Notes under the pieces: generated by a model
Told to the model about the DNA's origin: nothing
Seen by the model: only the letters and a program-made list of their open reading frames with translations
Databases searched by the model: none
Part shown: positions 39,115-48,550 of the stretch, one piece after another
Numbering within the stretch: position 1 is the first letter of the stretch
Layout of the letters: each line of letters opens with the position of its first letter
Translations under genes and position numbers: made by a program
Source of the DNA: an uncultured Acidobacteriota bacterium
GTDB lineage: Bacteria > Acidobacteriota > Thermoanaerobaculia > Multivoradales > JAHEKO01
DNA: 64,000 bases
Assembly (NCBI GenBank): GCA_963713825.1
Contig: CAVQNG010000003.1
Span: forward strand, 832,001-896,000
Direction: 5' to 3'

Positions 39115-39768
39115 TCAGGCCGGGGGCTGGATGGAATCGATCAGCGCGCGGAAGGCCTCGGCGTTCTCGTCGACCGTCGCCGCGGGGCCGGTGAACTTGA
39201 AGAACCAGTTCGAGTCCGGTCCCTCGACCACCGCGCCCAGGAGCTTGTAGTCCGGCATGGTCTGGGCCGGTGCACCGGTCATCATCCCGCCACTGCTGTA
39301 GGTGCCGCCGACCTTGATCAGCAGCGTGTCGAGACCATTGGCGACGACCTCTTCGGTCTCCATGGCTTCGATCGAGGCACTGCCATCGGGCTGTGTGAAC
39401 TGACCGGCCCAGCGCTCGGCGTTGGCCATGGGGCCACCACCCTGACCAACACCGAAGTAGTAGACGACGCACTCGCCGTCGCCACCGGCTCCGGGGACCC
39501 GGTACTGCGACTGACGCATGGCGTTGGCCGGCGGCTCCTGGGTCCAACCTTCGGGCGCGGTCCATGCCAAGACGTTGCCTTCGGTGACCACGGGCGTCGG
39601 CATCATGGACGTCGGGTCGGGCTGCTGGACCGGCGGATGGCCAGCGGGCATCTCTTCAGCCGTCGGTGCCGGCTGCTGTTCTGCGGTTTCCTGCTGATTG
39701 CCACAGGCGACAGCACCCACCACAACGAAGGCGGCGAGGAGCAGCGCGAGATTTCGTAGAGTCGTCAT
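39115..39768 (-). CDS. Lipoprotein (PsbP-like fold suspected)
   Basis: Lipobox AVAC, MPAGHPPV, NAERWAGQF, WFFKFTGP. Confidence 0.7.
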   Translation of the reverse strand: MTTLRNLALLLAAFVVVGAVACGNQQETAEQQPAPTAEEMPAGHPPVQQPDPTSMMPTPVVTEGNVLAWTAPEGWTQEPPANAMRQSQYRVPGAGGDGECVVYYFGVGQGGGPMANAERWAGQFTQPDGSASIEAMETEEVVANGLDTLLIKVGGTYSSGGMMTGAPAQTMPDYKLLGAVVEGPDSNWFFKFTGPAATVDENAEAFRALIDSIQPPA

Positions 39769-40019
39769 TCTTGAATCTCCTTAGCTTTGTTCTTGGCGTT
39801 GAGAGTGCTGGCCAACGGTCGATCGTAGTCAGCCGAATCTGCCCGAGTGCGGCAGGTCGGCGAAGTCTAGCCGATGTTGAGGATTTTAGTATCTTTCCGC
39901 GTCGCGGCATACCAATGCCGCAGATTGACGTCGATGCAGGGCTATGGCACCCTGACCAGAGAAAACCGGGTTGCTACCGGGAGAGAGGGAAGCTCGTCGG
40001 TAGCGGAGAGGGTCTCGTC

Positions 40020-40790
40020 ATGCGGCACGTTGTCTTCAATAGCAAGGGAGGGGTCGGCAAGTCCTCCATCGTCTGTAATCTGGCTGCAGTGAGCGCGGCC
40101 GAAGGGAAGCGGACCCTGGTGGTAGACCTCGATCCGCAAGCCAATTCCACACACTATCTGCTCGGCTCTCGCGGCCCAGAGGCCAAGCCGAATCTGACTG
40201 ACTTCTTCGAAGAGTCCCTGGGTCTTCGGCTTCTGACCTCCGAGGCCGCCACCTGGGTCCACCCGACACCCTTCGACCAGCTGTCGATCATCCCTTCCGA
40301 TATCGGCTTGGCCGAGCTGCAGCCGAAGCTCGAATCGCGATTCAAGATCTACAAGCTGCGCAAGCTGCTGGATCGACTCGACGAGTTCGACGTCGTTTTC
40401 CTGGATACCCCGCCGGCTCTCAACTTCTTCACCACGTCTGCTCTCATCAGTGCCGATGGCTGTCTTATCCCGTTCGACTGCGACGAGTTCTCCCGCCGAG
40501 CCCTGATGCATCTCCTCGAGGCGGTCGAGGAGATCCGTGAGGACCACAATCCGCAGCTCGAAGTGCGAGGCATCATCGTCAACCTCTTCCAGATGCGGGC
40601 CCGCTTGCCTCAGCAGTTGGTGGATCAGCTGTTGGACGAGAATCTGCCGGTTCTGGAGCCCTACATCACGGCCTCGGTAAAGATGCGGGAATCGCACGAA
40701 GCTCATCGTCCGCTGATCGATCTGGCCCCGAGCCACAAACTGAGCCAACAGTTCCGCGAGCTCTATCGGGCCCTGGCCCCCGAGGGTTGA
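40020..40790 (+). CDS. Orphan ParA/MinD-family ATPase
   Basis: FNSKGGVGKS, DLDPQAN, DTPPAL, SVKMRESH. Confidence 0.9.
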   Translation: MRHVVFNSKGGVGKSSIVCNLAAVSAAEGKRTLVVDLDPQANSTHYLLGSRGPEAKPNLTDFFEESLGLRLLTSEAATWVHPTPFDQLSIIPSDIGLAELQPKLESRFKIYKLRKLLDRLDEFDVVFLDTPPALNFFTTSALISADGCLIPFDCDEFSRRALMHLLEAVEEIREDHNPQLEVRGIIVNLFQMRARLPQQLVDQLLDENLPVLEPYITASVKMRESHEAHRPLIDLAPSHKLSQQFRELYRALAPEG

Positions 40791-40876
40791 GGCGGCCGTC
40801 GTTCCTCCTGCCGGTCCTTGAGGGCTTGGGGGTTGAGGAGCCCGTCGTCCCTCCGGCCTACCTTTGAGGCAGTGGG
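40784..40876 (+). repeat. Dimeric ~46-bp interspersed repeat, copy B
   Basis: Two units, 46-bp period; the first overlaps the ParA-like stop codon. Confidence 0.7.
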
Positions 40877-41023
40877 GCCCCCCTCCCATTCCTCTAGTGC
40901 CCCTACTGCCCTAAGCCCCTATTGCCTTCAACGGACCCCTTTCACCAATGTAAATCGGCCAAGGATGCACCTCTGCTGTGGTTTGGCTATGCTTGAAGGG
41001 CCGAAACCTCAGGAGGACGGGCC

Positions 41024-42241
41024 ATGGGACAGGCTGTGGAGTCCGCGGTCGTGGAGCGCATGGTCGCGATTCGCCGCGACCTGCATCAGAATCCCGAGCT
41101 CAGCTGGCAGGAGCACAGGACTGCCGAGCGCATCAGCTCTACGCTGCACGAGCTGGGAATCCCCCATCGGCGTCTCATGGGCACGGGGGTCGTCGCTGAT
41201 CTGCCAGGTACCGACGCACTACCTGCCGTGGCCCTGCGGGCCGACATCGATGCCCTGCCCATCCAGGAGGAGACCGGGCTGCCTTTCGCCTCGACCAACG
41301 ACGGCGTCATGCATGCCTGTGGCCATGATGGACATACGAGCATACTCCTGGGAGCGGCCGAGCTCCTGACACGAGACGGAGATCTGCCCGCACCGGTGAG
41401 GTTGATCTTCCAGCCGGCCGAGGAGGAGGGGGCTGGCGCCAACGCCCTCATCGAGGCCAGCGTGCTCGAGAATGTGGCGGTCATCTTTGGCGGCCACCTC
41501 GATCGTCACTTCAGGACCGGAACCTTGGTTGTGGCCGAGGGCCCAGCGAGCGCTTCGACGGATTACTTCACGATCCGAGTCACGGGGCGAGGCGGCCATG
41601 CCGCCCGTCCTCACGAGACGATCGATGCGGTGGTTGTCGGCTCGCTGATCGTTACCGCGATCCAAACGATCGTCTCCCGGGAGATCGACCCCTCTGATCC
41701 GTCGATTGTCACCATCGGTCGGTTCGAGGCGGGCAAGGCTCCCAACGTCATTGCCGGACAGGCGGAGCTCGAAGGGACGATCCGAGCTCAGAGCCAGCAA
41801 GTTCGCGAGCACCTCAAGAGGTCTATCCGCCGGGTGGCCGAGTCCATCGGGGTGCTACACCAGGCAGGTATGGAAGTTGAGCTAATAGATGGTTCACCGG
41901 CGGTCATCAACACTCCGGCGGCAACGCTTCTGGCCGATCAGGCTGCGGCTGCGGTGGTCAGCGAGAAGCGCGTTCGCAGGAGCTGGCGAGTCACTATGGG
42001 AGGCGAGGATTTCGCCAATTACCTGCAGAGGATTCCCGGTTGCTACATTCGCTTCGGCGCCCGGCCAGCCGTTGATCAGGGATTCCCCGCCCACTCTAGT
42101 CGGTTCGACTTCGATGAGGCTGCCCTGCCGATTGCAGCTGGTTGGATGGCGGAGGTGGCGCGCCGAGCGGGAGCAGCTCTCGCGACGGGAGAGTTCGACC
42201 ACCCGGACAGGTTCGAAGTGGTCAGCCTGGATGAGGGGTAA
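41024..42241 (+). CDS. M20D amidohydrolase
   Basis: RADIDALP, MHACGHDGH, FQPAEE, GEDF, HSSRF. Confidence 0.92.
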   Translation: MGQAVESAVVERMVAIRRDLHQNPELSWQEHRTAERISSTLHELGIPHRRLMGTGVVADLPGTDALPAVALRADIDALPIQEETGLPFASTNDGVMHACGHDGHTSILLGAAELLTRDGDLPAPVRLIFQPAEEEGAGANALIEASVLENVAVIFGGHLDRHFRTGTLVVAEGPASASTDYFTIRVTGRGGHAARPHETIDAVVVGSLIVTAIQTIVSREIDPSDPSIVTIGRFEAGKAPNVIAGQAELEGTIRAQSQQVREHLKRSIRRVAESIGVLHQAGMEVELIDGSPAVINTPAATLLADQAAAAVVSEKRVRRSWRVTMGGEDFANYLQRIPGCYIRFGARPAVDQGFPAHSSRFDFDEAALPIAAGWMAEVARRAGAALATGEFDHPDRFEVVSLDEG

Positions 42242-43827
42242 TGCGAGTTCGCGAAGCCACCGATAACGACACACCGCGGATCCGAGAGATCTTCGAGGCG
42301 ACCTATGGCGAGGACTACGCCTACTCGGAGTTCTACGAAGAGCCGTATCTCAGGAAGCTCATCTACTCCGACGACACGGTGATGCTGGTCGCAGAGGAAC
42401 CGAAGAGCGGACAGGTCGTGGGAACCGCATCGGTCGTTCTCGAGAGTGGCGCCTACACCGATCTGGTCGGTGAGTTCGGGCGGCTCGCGGTGCACCCGGA
42501 CTTCTGGGGCCAGCAGATCAGCAGCTTGTTGTTGGAAGAACGCTTGAAGCAGGTCGGAGATCGTCTCCACGTCGGCTTCATGGAAGCCCGGGTGAGCCAT
42601 CCCTACTCGCTCGAGAACGGTCTTCGTCACGGATTCGCAGCAGTGGGCTTTCTGCCGTTGAAGTTGCGTTTTGGTGACGAGCGCGAGAACACGGCCTTGT
42701 TGGTCAAGTACTTCGGCGAGGCGCTCGAGCTGCGGCGCAACCACCCCCGCATCATCCCCGAGGCCTACCGGCTGGCCGGTCTCGCCCTGGACGAAGTGGG
42801 CTTGGAGAGGGACTTCATTGTCGACGAGAAAGCCGCCCCGTATCCCTACGGCGGCGACTACGAGCTCCAGGAGTTGACCTCCACGGGCTATTCCTCCTTG
42901 CTGCGCATCGAGCGGGGGCGACTCCGTAATCGGGAGGTCTTCGGGCCGCTTCGTCTGCACTACGGCTTCTTTCGCCTGCGCGCAGAACACTCCAACTACC
43001 TGATCGCGCGCAATGGCGAGCACATCGCAGGGGGCATTGGCTTCACCCTCGATGACGAAGAGAACATCGCCCGGATCTTCGAGCTCATCTGTCTCGAGGA
43101 TCACACCGTGCGCCTCCTTCTCAAAGAGCTGGAGCGCAAGTGTCGGGAGGAATACGGCATCAGCTATATGGAGATCGACGTCAATGCCCACTCACCCCGC
43201 ATGCAACGTACGCTGCTAGAGATGGGCTATGTACCAGCGGCCTACGTGCCGGCCCTCGCCTTTCACCGGGTCGAGCGGCTCGACGTCCTGAAGATGGCCC
43301 GACTTCTGACGCCTCTGGAACACCTGTCCATGGATCTGGTTCCACCGGTTCAAGGGTTGGCGGAGTTGATCTTGCGAGGTTTCGAGCGCCAGCAGATCCT
43401 GCCCAGAATCGGGGCTCTGAACGAGAAGACCCGTCTCTTTGAGGGCCTGAGTGAAGAGCAGGTCCGGCGCCTGGGTGCAGCGTGTGGGCAGGCCAAGTTT
43501 GCCGAGGGGGAGACGATCTTCTCGGCCGGTGACGAGTGCAGCGAGACCTATCTGCTTCTCGAGGGCGAGGTTCAGGTCCTGATGGCGGATGGCGAGCGAG
43601 CCGTCGGCACGGTCGGTCCCGGTGAGTGTCTGGGAGAGGTCTCCCTTCTCATGGGCACCAAGCACTCGGCGGAGGCGTTGGCAACTTGCCCGGTTCGCAC
43701 AGCGGTGCTGCCAAGTGAAGATCTGCAGAAGTTGGTGCGCCAGCGGCCCGACATCGGCGTGGTGCTGTTCCGCAACCTCGCCCGAGGCCTGGGCGAGAAG
43801 CTCCGCCGCGCGGATCTGGGGCAATGA
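42241..43827 (+). CDS. GNAT-domain protein with C-terminal cyclic-nucleotide-binding domain
   Basis: GNAT motif A AVHPDFWGQQI, second GNAT-like block, CNB GECLGEVSLL; TAATG coupling to the amidohydrolase. Confidence 0.8.
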   Translation: MRVREATDNDTPRIREIFEATYGEDYAYSEFYEEPYLRKLIYSDDTVMLVAEEPKSGQVVGTASVVLESGAYTDLVGEFGRLAVHPDFWGQQISSLLLEERLKQVGDRLHVGFMEARVSHPYSLENGLRHGFAAVGFLPLKLRFGDERENTALLVKYFGEALELRRNHPRIIPEAYRLAGLALDEVGLERDFIVDEKAAPYPYGGDYELQELTSTGYSSLLRIERGRLRNREVFGPLRLHYGFFRLRAEHSNYLIARNGEHIAGGIGFTLDDEENIARIFELICLEDHTVRLLLKELERKCREEYGISYMEIDVNAHSPRMQRTLLEMGYVPAAYVPALAFHRVERLDVLKMARLLTPLEHLSMDLVPPVQGLAELILRGFERQQILPRIGALNEKTRLFEGLSEEQVRRLGAACGQAKFAEGETIFSAGDECSETYLLLEGEVQVLMADGERAVGTVGPGECLGEVSLLMGTKHSAEALATCPVRTAVLPSEDLQKLVRQRPDIGVVLFRNLARGLGEKLRRADLGQ

Positions 43828-43851
43828 GGCAGTGGGGCAGTGAGGCAATGA

Positions 43852-43946
43852 GGGTTGAAGCGGCCGGCGCCTCTGCCGGCCGATCTTTGAGGGCTTGAGG
43901 GTCGAGGTGTCCGTCGCTTGCGCCGGCCGATCCTTGGGAAATGAGG
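43852..43946 (+). repeat. Dimeric ~46-bp interspersed repeat, copy C, preceded by GGCARTGR octamers
   Basis: Two units, 47-bp period. Confidence 0.7.
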
Positions 43947-43957
43947 CAACGAGGGGT

Positions 43958-43982
43958 GTAGGGGAGGGCCTTGCGCCCTCCC
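43958..43982 (+). repeat. GTAG-type REP
   Basis: GTAG followed by GGGAGGGC-cttgc-GCCCTCCC hairpin. Confidence 0.75.
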
Positions 43983-44050
43983 GCCGTCGTTCAGGAAACC
44001 CCTTCTTGGGGATCACCGTATGATCAAATGCAGCTAGGCAACCCCCTCTC

Positions 44051-44638
44051 ATGCCTGATCCAGCCCTCCTCGACCACCCTGACCTGGCCGAGCGGATCCG
44101 CGCCCGCGATCCGGAGGCCCTGGAAGTGGTGGTCGAGACCTACCTACCTCAGATTCTGCGCGCAGCGCGAGGGGCAGGTCTCAATCCGCAGGCGGCCGAG
44201 GATGCGGCCCAGAACACCTTTACCACCTTCGTCGAGTCCGCGGAGAGGTTCGAGGGCAGGTCCCATGTCCGGACATGGGTCTTCGGGATCCTCTACCGCA
44301 AGATCTCCGAGACGCGTCGCAAACTGGGGAAAGACCGCCAGATGGACGACATCGACGAAGTCTTCGAGAGTCGCTTCGACGAGAACGGCACGTGGAGTCA
44401 GCCGCCGCGGGCTGCAGACGCCGCACTTGAGGCCAAGCAGACCCGCCAGGAGATTGCCGACTGTCTGGAGGCGGCCCCTTCGACGCAGCGCATGGCCTTT
44501 GTGCTGCGGGAGGTTGAAGGACTCTCGAGTGAGGAGATCTGTAAGATTCTGGAGGTCAGCAGCACCAACCTGGGTGTGATGCTGTTCCGTCTGCGCAACC
44601 GCGTCCGGGAGTGCCTCGAAGCGAAGTGGGCCGCATAG
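44051..44638 (+). CDS. ECF sigma factor
   Basis: AEDAAQNTF, FEGRS..TW, LREVEGLSSEEIC..LFRLR. Confidence 0.92.
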   Translation: MPDPALLDHPDLAERIRARDPEALEVVVETYLPQILRAARGAGLNPQAAEDAAQNTFTTFVESAERFEGRSHVRTWVFGILYRKISETRRKLGKDRQMDDIDEVFESRFDENGTWSQPPRAADAALEAKQTRQEIADCLEAAPSTQRMAFVLREVEGLSSEEICKILEVSSTNLGVMLFRLRNRVRECLEAKWAA

Positions 44639-44642
44639 CGCC

Positions 44643-44924
44643 ATGTTGAACTGCAAGGAGACTGCCCACGCTGTCGCGACCGAAGATGTTGTCCCGGTCG
44701 GCTGGCGGCAGCGCCTGGCGGTCAGGCTCCACCTGATGATGTGTCGACATTGTCGACGCTACGCCCAGCAGATGCAGACCATGGGCAACGCGGCCAGGGA
44801 AGTGTTCCAGCACCCCCCCAAAGATCCCTCCAGCCCCGAGAACCCCGAAAACCTGGCCAAGCTCCAATCCGACATCCTCGATCGCCTCACGCAGGCCCCC
44901 CAGCAACCCGATTCCGACAACTAG
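44643..44924 (+). CDS. Soluble zf-HC2 (ZAS) anti-sigma factor
   Basis: MLNC..HLMMCRHC; no TM. Confidence 0.85.
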   Translation: MLNCKETAHAVATEDVVPVGWRQRLAVRLHLMMCRHCRRYAQQMQTMGNAAREVFQHPPKDPSSPENPENLAKLQSDILDRLTQAPQQPDSDN

Positions 44925-45087
44925 TCAACCCTGACCTCTGCCTTCCTCGGGCAAGGATCAGCCTCGCACCCTTCGAAGGTAACGTGGCAGAAGGAATCGT
45001 GACCGCAGCCAGTCCGGTCAACGATCACAGGAAGATATAGTCAAGATAGGCGGAGGTCCTGCCCTATCTAGCCTCGCGGAGCAGTGA

Positions 45088-46065
45088 ATGAGAGACCAAG
45101 AAATCCTGTACTTATCGCACGCCGATGTTGTCGAGACTGACGTTGGCATGAAAGAGATCCTCGAGGCCCTGGAGACGGCCTTTCGGGAGCACGGCGAGGG
45201 TCGGGCCGAGATGCCGCCCAAGCCGGGGATTCATCCAGGGGGTGGGGACAACTTCATCCACGCCATGCCGGCCTACATCCCGGCTCTGGAGTCGGCGGGG
45301 GTCAAATGGGTCAGCGGCTTCCCTGGAAACCAGGATCTCGGCCTGCCCTATATCAACGGACTGCTGGTCCTCAATGATCCCGCGACGGGGGTGCCGCTGG
45401 CGGTCATGGACTGTGTCTGGATCACGGGGGCGAGGACCGGCGCTGCCACCGCGCTGTCTGCAAAGTACCTGGCTCGGGCGGAGTCCTCGGTGGTCGGGGT
45501 GCTCGGATGTGGCGTGCAGGCCAGAACGAATCTGCAAGGACTGCAAGCCGTTTTTGCTCTAGGGACGGTCAAGGCTTATGACATTCACGCCGAGCTTGCC
45601 GAGACGTATGCTCTGGAAATGGCGACGCGGTTTGGGATCGAAGGGGTTGCTGTCACGACACCCGAAGAGGCTGTGACGGGATGCGACATCGTCGTGACCG
45701 CAGGCCCGATTCTCAAGACTCCACATGCCACAATCCGGGCCGGCTGGCTCGACGAAGGGGCCTTCGCCTCTCTGGTGGACTTCGATTCGTATTGGCACGC
45801 TGATGCCATCGGCGAAGTCGACAAGTTTTGCACCGACGACACACCGCAACTGCGCTTCTACCAGGGCGAGGGCTACTTTCAGCAGATCCCTTCCGTGCAT
45901 GCCGACCTGGGAGAGCTCGTCACCGGTCGGAAGCCAGGCCGAGAGGGACCAGAGGAGCGCACCATGGCCGCGAACCTCGGAATGGCGCTCGACGACATGG
46001 CGGTGGCACCGTTGATCTACAAGAAAGCGATGCAGGAGGGGATTGGCGTTCGGCTGCCCCTCTGA
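45088..46065 (+). CDS. Ornithine cyclodeaminase/mu-crystallin family protein
   Basis: HAMPA, GVKW, TGARTGA, GCGVQA, GMALDD. Confidence 0.9.
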   Translation: MRDQEILYLSHADVVETDVGMKEILEALETAFREHGEGRAEMPPKPGIHPGGGDNFIHAMPAYIPALESAGVKWVSGFPGNQDLGLPYINGLLVLNDPATGVPLAVMDCVWITGARTGAATALSAKYLARAESSVVGVLGCGVQARTNLQGLQAVFALGTVKAYDIHAELAETYALEMATRFGIEGVAVTTPEEAVTGCDIVVTAGPILKTPHATIRAGWLDEGAFASLVDFDSYWHADAIGEVDKFCTDDTPQLRFYQGEGYFQQIPSVHADLGELVTGRKPGREGPEERTMAANLGMALDDMAVAPLIYKKAMQEGIGVRLPL

Positions 46066-46094
46066 GCGGTCGCGGCCAGAGTAGGCGCCAATCG

Positions 46095-47270
46095 ATGACC
46101 AGAGCCCGAGTCTGTGACGTTGTTGTGGTAGGTGGAGGGGTGATGGGAAGCTCCATCGCCTATCACCTGGTGAAAGGCGACCCCGGTCTCGACGTCGTGG
46201 TCGTGGAGCGCGACCCCTCCTACACCCAGGCCTCTTCCACGCTCTCCGTGGGCAACGCCCGAGTCCAATTCAGTCTGCGAGAGAACATCCAGATCTCGCT
46301 TCACGCACTGGAGGTCTTCAAGCGCTTCGACGAAGAGATGAGCGTCGAGGGGGGGCGGCCGGACATTCGATTCCGACCCGAAGGCAATCTCTTCCTACAC
46401 GAAGAGGAATCGACTGAAGCGGCCAAGAGCGCGATGGCCCTGCAGGGATCTCTTGGCGGCGATGTGGAATGGTGGAGCCCCGAAAGAGTGGGGACACAAT
46501 ACCCATTTCTCGACTCCGAAGGACTATGCGGAGGGACTTTCGGTCCACGGGACGGCCACCTCGATGGCTATGCCCTTCTCATGGGATACAAGGCCAAAGC
46601 CGTATCTCTCGGGGCAACGTTCATTGCCGGCAATGCCACGGGGATCGTGACTGAAGGTGGCAAAGCACGAGGCATTCTGTTGGAGTCCGGCGAGCATCTA
46701 CTCGCACCGGTGGTGGTCAACTGTGCCGGTGCCTGGGCGGCGGACCTGGCTCGGACCGCTGGAGTCGACCTTCCTGTTGTCCCCGTAAAGCGGCAAGCCT
46801 TTGTGGTCGAGACTCCGGAGAGGTTCGACAAGCCCCTACCCCTGACGGTCTTTCCCTCTGGGCTCTACTTCCGAAGTGAAGCTTCGGATCTGCTGCTGGT
46901 GGGCAAGTCCCTCGATGACGACCCCGAGGGCTACAGTTTCAGCTGGCAGGAGAGTCGATTCACCGACCTGCTCTGGCCCGAGCTGGCTCGGCGGGCTCCG
47001 GCCTTCGATCGGCTCCGCCTGACGCGAGGCTGGGCCGGGCTCTACGCCGTGAACCGTCTCGATGGCAACGCCATCCTGGGGGAATGGCCGGCTCTCGAGG
47101 GCCTGTTCCATGCCAACGGATTCTCCGGCCATGGACTTCAGCAGGCTCCAGCGGTGGGCCGCTATCTGGCAGAGCTCATTCTGGGGACCGAGCCCACGCT
47201 CGACCTCTCCGCACTCGGAGCCGATCGAATTGTCAAAGGAAGGCCGCTCGCCGAAGGCGGCCTGGTGTAA
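46095..47270 (+). CDS. FAD-dependent oxidoreductase (DAO/sarcosine oxidase, FOXRED1-like)
   Basis: VGGGVMG, VNCAGAWA, WAGLY, GFSGHGLQQAP. Confidence 0.88.
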   Translation: MTRARVCDVVVVGGGVMGSSIAYHLVKGDPGLDVVVVERDPSYTQASSTLSVGNARVQFSLRENIQISLHALEVFKRFDEEMSVEGGRPDIRFRPEGNLFLHEEESTEAAKSAMALQGSLGGDVEWWSPERVGTQYPFLDSEGLCGGTFGPRDGHLDGYALLMGYKAKAVSLGATFIAGNATGIVTEGGKARGILLESGEHLLAPVVVNCAGAWAADLARTAGVDLPVVPVKRQAFVVETPERFDKPLPLTVFPSGLYFRSEASDLLLVGKSLDDDPEGYSFSWQESRFTDLLWPELARRAPAFDRLRLTRGWAGLYAVNRLDGNAILGEWPALEGLFHANGFSGHGLQQAPAVGRYLAELILGTEPTLDLSALGADRIVKGRPLAEGGLV

Positions 47271-47289
47271 AGGCTACTTCAGCAAGTCG

Positions 47290-48450
47290 TCAGCTCGGAG
47301 GAAGTGTCGTCTCGCGCAGGCGCTCTACCGCCTCGGTAACCACCCGCACAGCGGTATCCACTTCCCGTTCGGTTGTTGGGCGCCCGACGGAGAAGCGAAC
47401 TGTCCCCAGGGCATAGTCCAGGGGAACCTGCATGGCCGTCAGGACGGTGGATACCTCGACCCCCTCAGAGTGGCAGGCAGCGCCGGCCGAGGCCGCGACA
47501 CGATCTCCGATCTCGGTCAACAGGGCGGTGACATCGACACCTCTGAAGGAGACGCTCAGGGTATTGGGTAGACAGGCTTCGGGTTCGCCATTGCGGCGCA
47601 GGTCGGTCAATCGAGAGCTGAGTCCCTGCCAAAGACGGTCCCGCAAGGCTCGACTGTGAGCGCCACCTGCCTCGAGACTCTCGCCCGCGATCTCACAGGC
47701 CTTTCCCAGACCGACGATTCCCAAGACGTTTTCGGTCCCGGCGCGGCGTCCCGACTCGTGATTTGCCCCATGGATCAGACGGTCCAGGTGGCGTCCGGAG
47801 CGAATGTAGAGTGCTCCTACACCTTTCGGCGCATAGAGCTTGTGCCCTGCCAGGCTCAAAAAGTCGACTCCCAGCTCGTCGGGCCGTACCGGGATCTTGC
47901 CCACGGACTGAGCGGCATCGGTGTGGAGCAGAATGCCTTGCTCGCGGGCGACTGCGGCGATCTCGGCCAGCGGTTGGATGGTGCCCACCTCGTTGTTGGC
48001 GTGCATGATGCTGATGAGGATTGTCTCGGAGGTAATGGCTTGCGCAACCGTTTCGGGACTCACTCTGCCCTCGCCATCAACGGGCAGAATCGTCACGCAG
48101 AAGTTGTCTTTCTCCAAGGCGTAGCAGGGTTCCAGCACCGCGGGATGCTCCACCGAGGAAGTGATGATGTGACGCCCCTGAGAAGCTAGGCGGCGCGCCA
48201 GGCCCTGGATGACCATGTTGTTCGACTCGGTGCCGCCACCGGTGAAGACGACCTCCTCCGGGGTGGCTCCCAGCAACTCGGCCACCTGGAGGCGAGCCGA
48301 GATCACCGCCTCACTGGCCGTGATTCCATAGGCGTGCGAGCTCGAAGGATTGCCGAAGTGCCGGTGCAGATAGGGCAGCATCGCCTCGGCCACCTCGGGG
48401 TCGATGGGGGTCGTGGCGTTGTAGTCGAGGTAGATCGGATCCGAGGCCAT
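47290..48450 (-). CDS. IscS/NifS-type cysteine desulfurase
   Basis: YLDYNATTP, HANNEVG, GHKLYAPKG, SAGAACH. Confidence 0.92.
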   Translation of the reverse strand: MASDPIYLDYNATTPIDPEVAEAMLPYLHRHFGNPSSSHAYGITASEAVISARLQVAELLGATPEEVVFTGGGTESNNMVIQGLARRLASQGRHIITSSVEHPAVLEPCYALEKDNFCVTILPVDGEGRVSPETVAQAITSETILISIMHANNEVGTIQPLAEIAAVAREQGILLHTDAAQSVGKIPVRPDELGVDFLSLAGHKLYAPKGVGALYIRSGRHLDRLIHGANHESGRRAGTENVLGIVGLGKACEIAGESLEAGGAHSRALRDRLWQGLSSRLTDLRRNGEPEACLPNTLSVSFRGVDVTALLTEIGDRVAASAGAACHSEGVEVSTVLTAMQVPLDYALGTVRFSVGRPTTEREVDTAVRVVTEAVERLRETTLPPS

Positions 48451-48550
48451 GACGAGAGTTTAACTCCCCCATGTCGACAGGTCCGTTGACCTTTTGGCTC
48501 GGCTGGGGCATCCTTGCCGCTTCTCAGAGAATCCTCAGGAGACTTCAACC

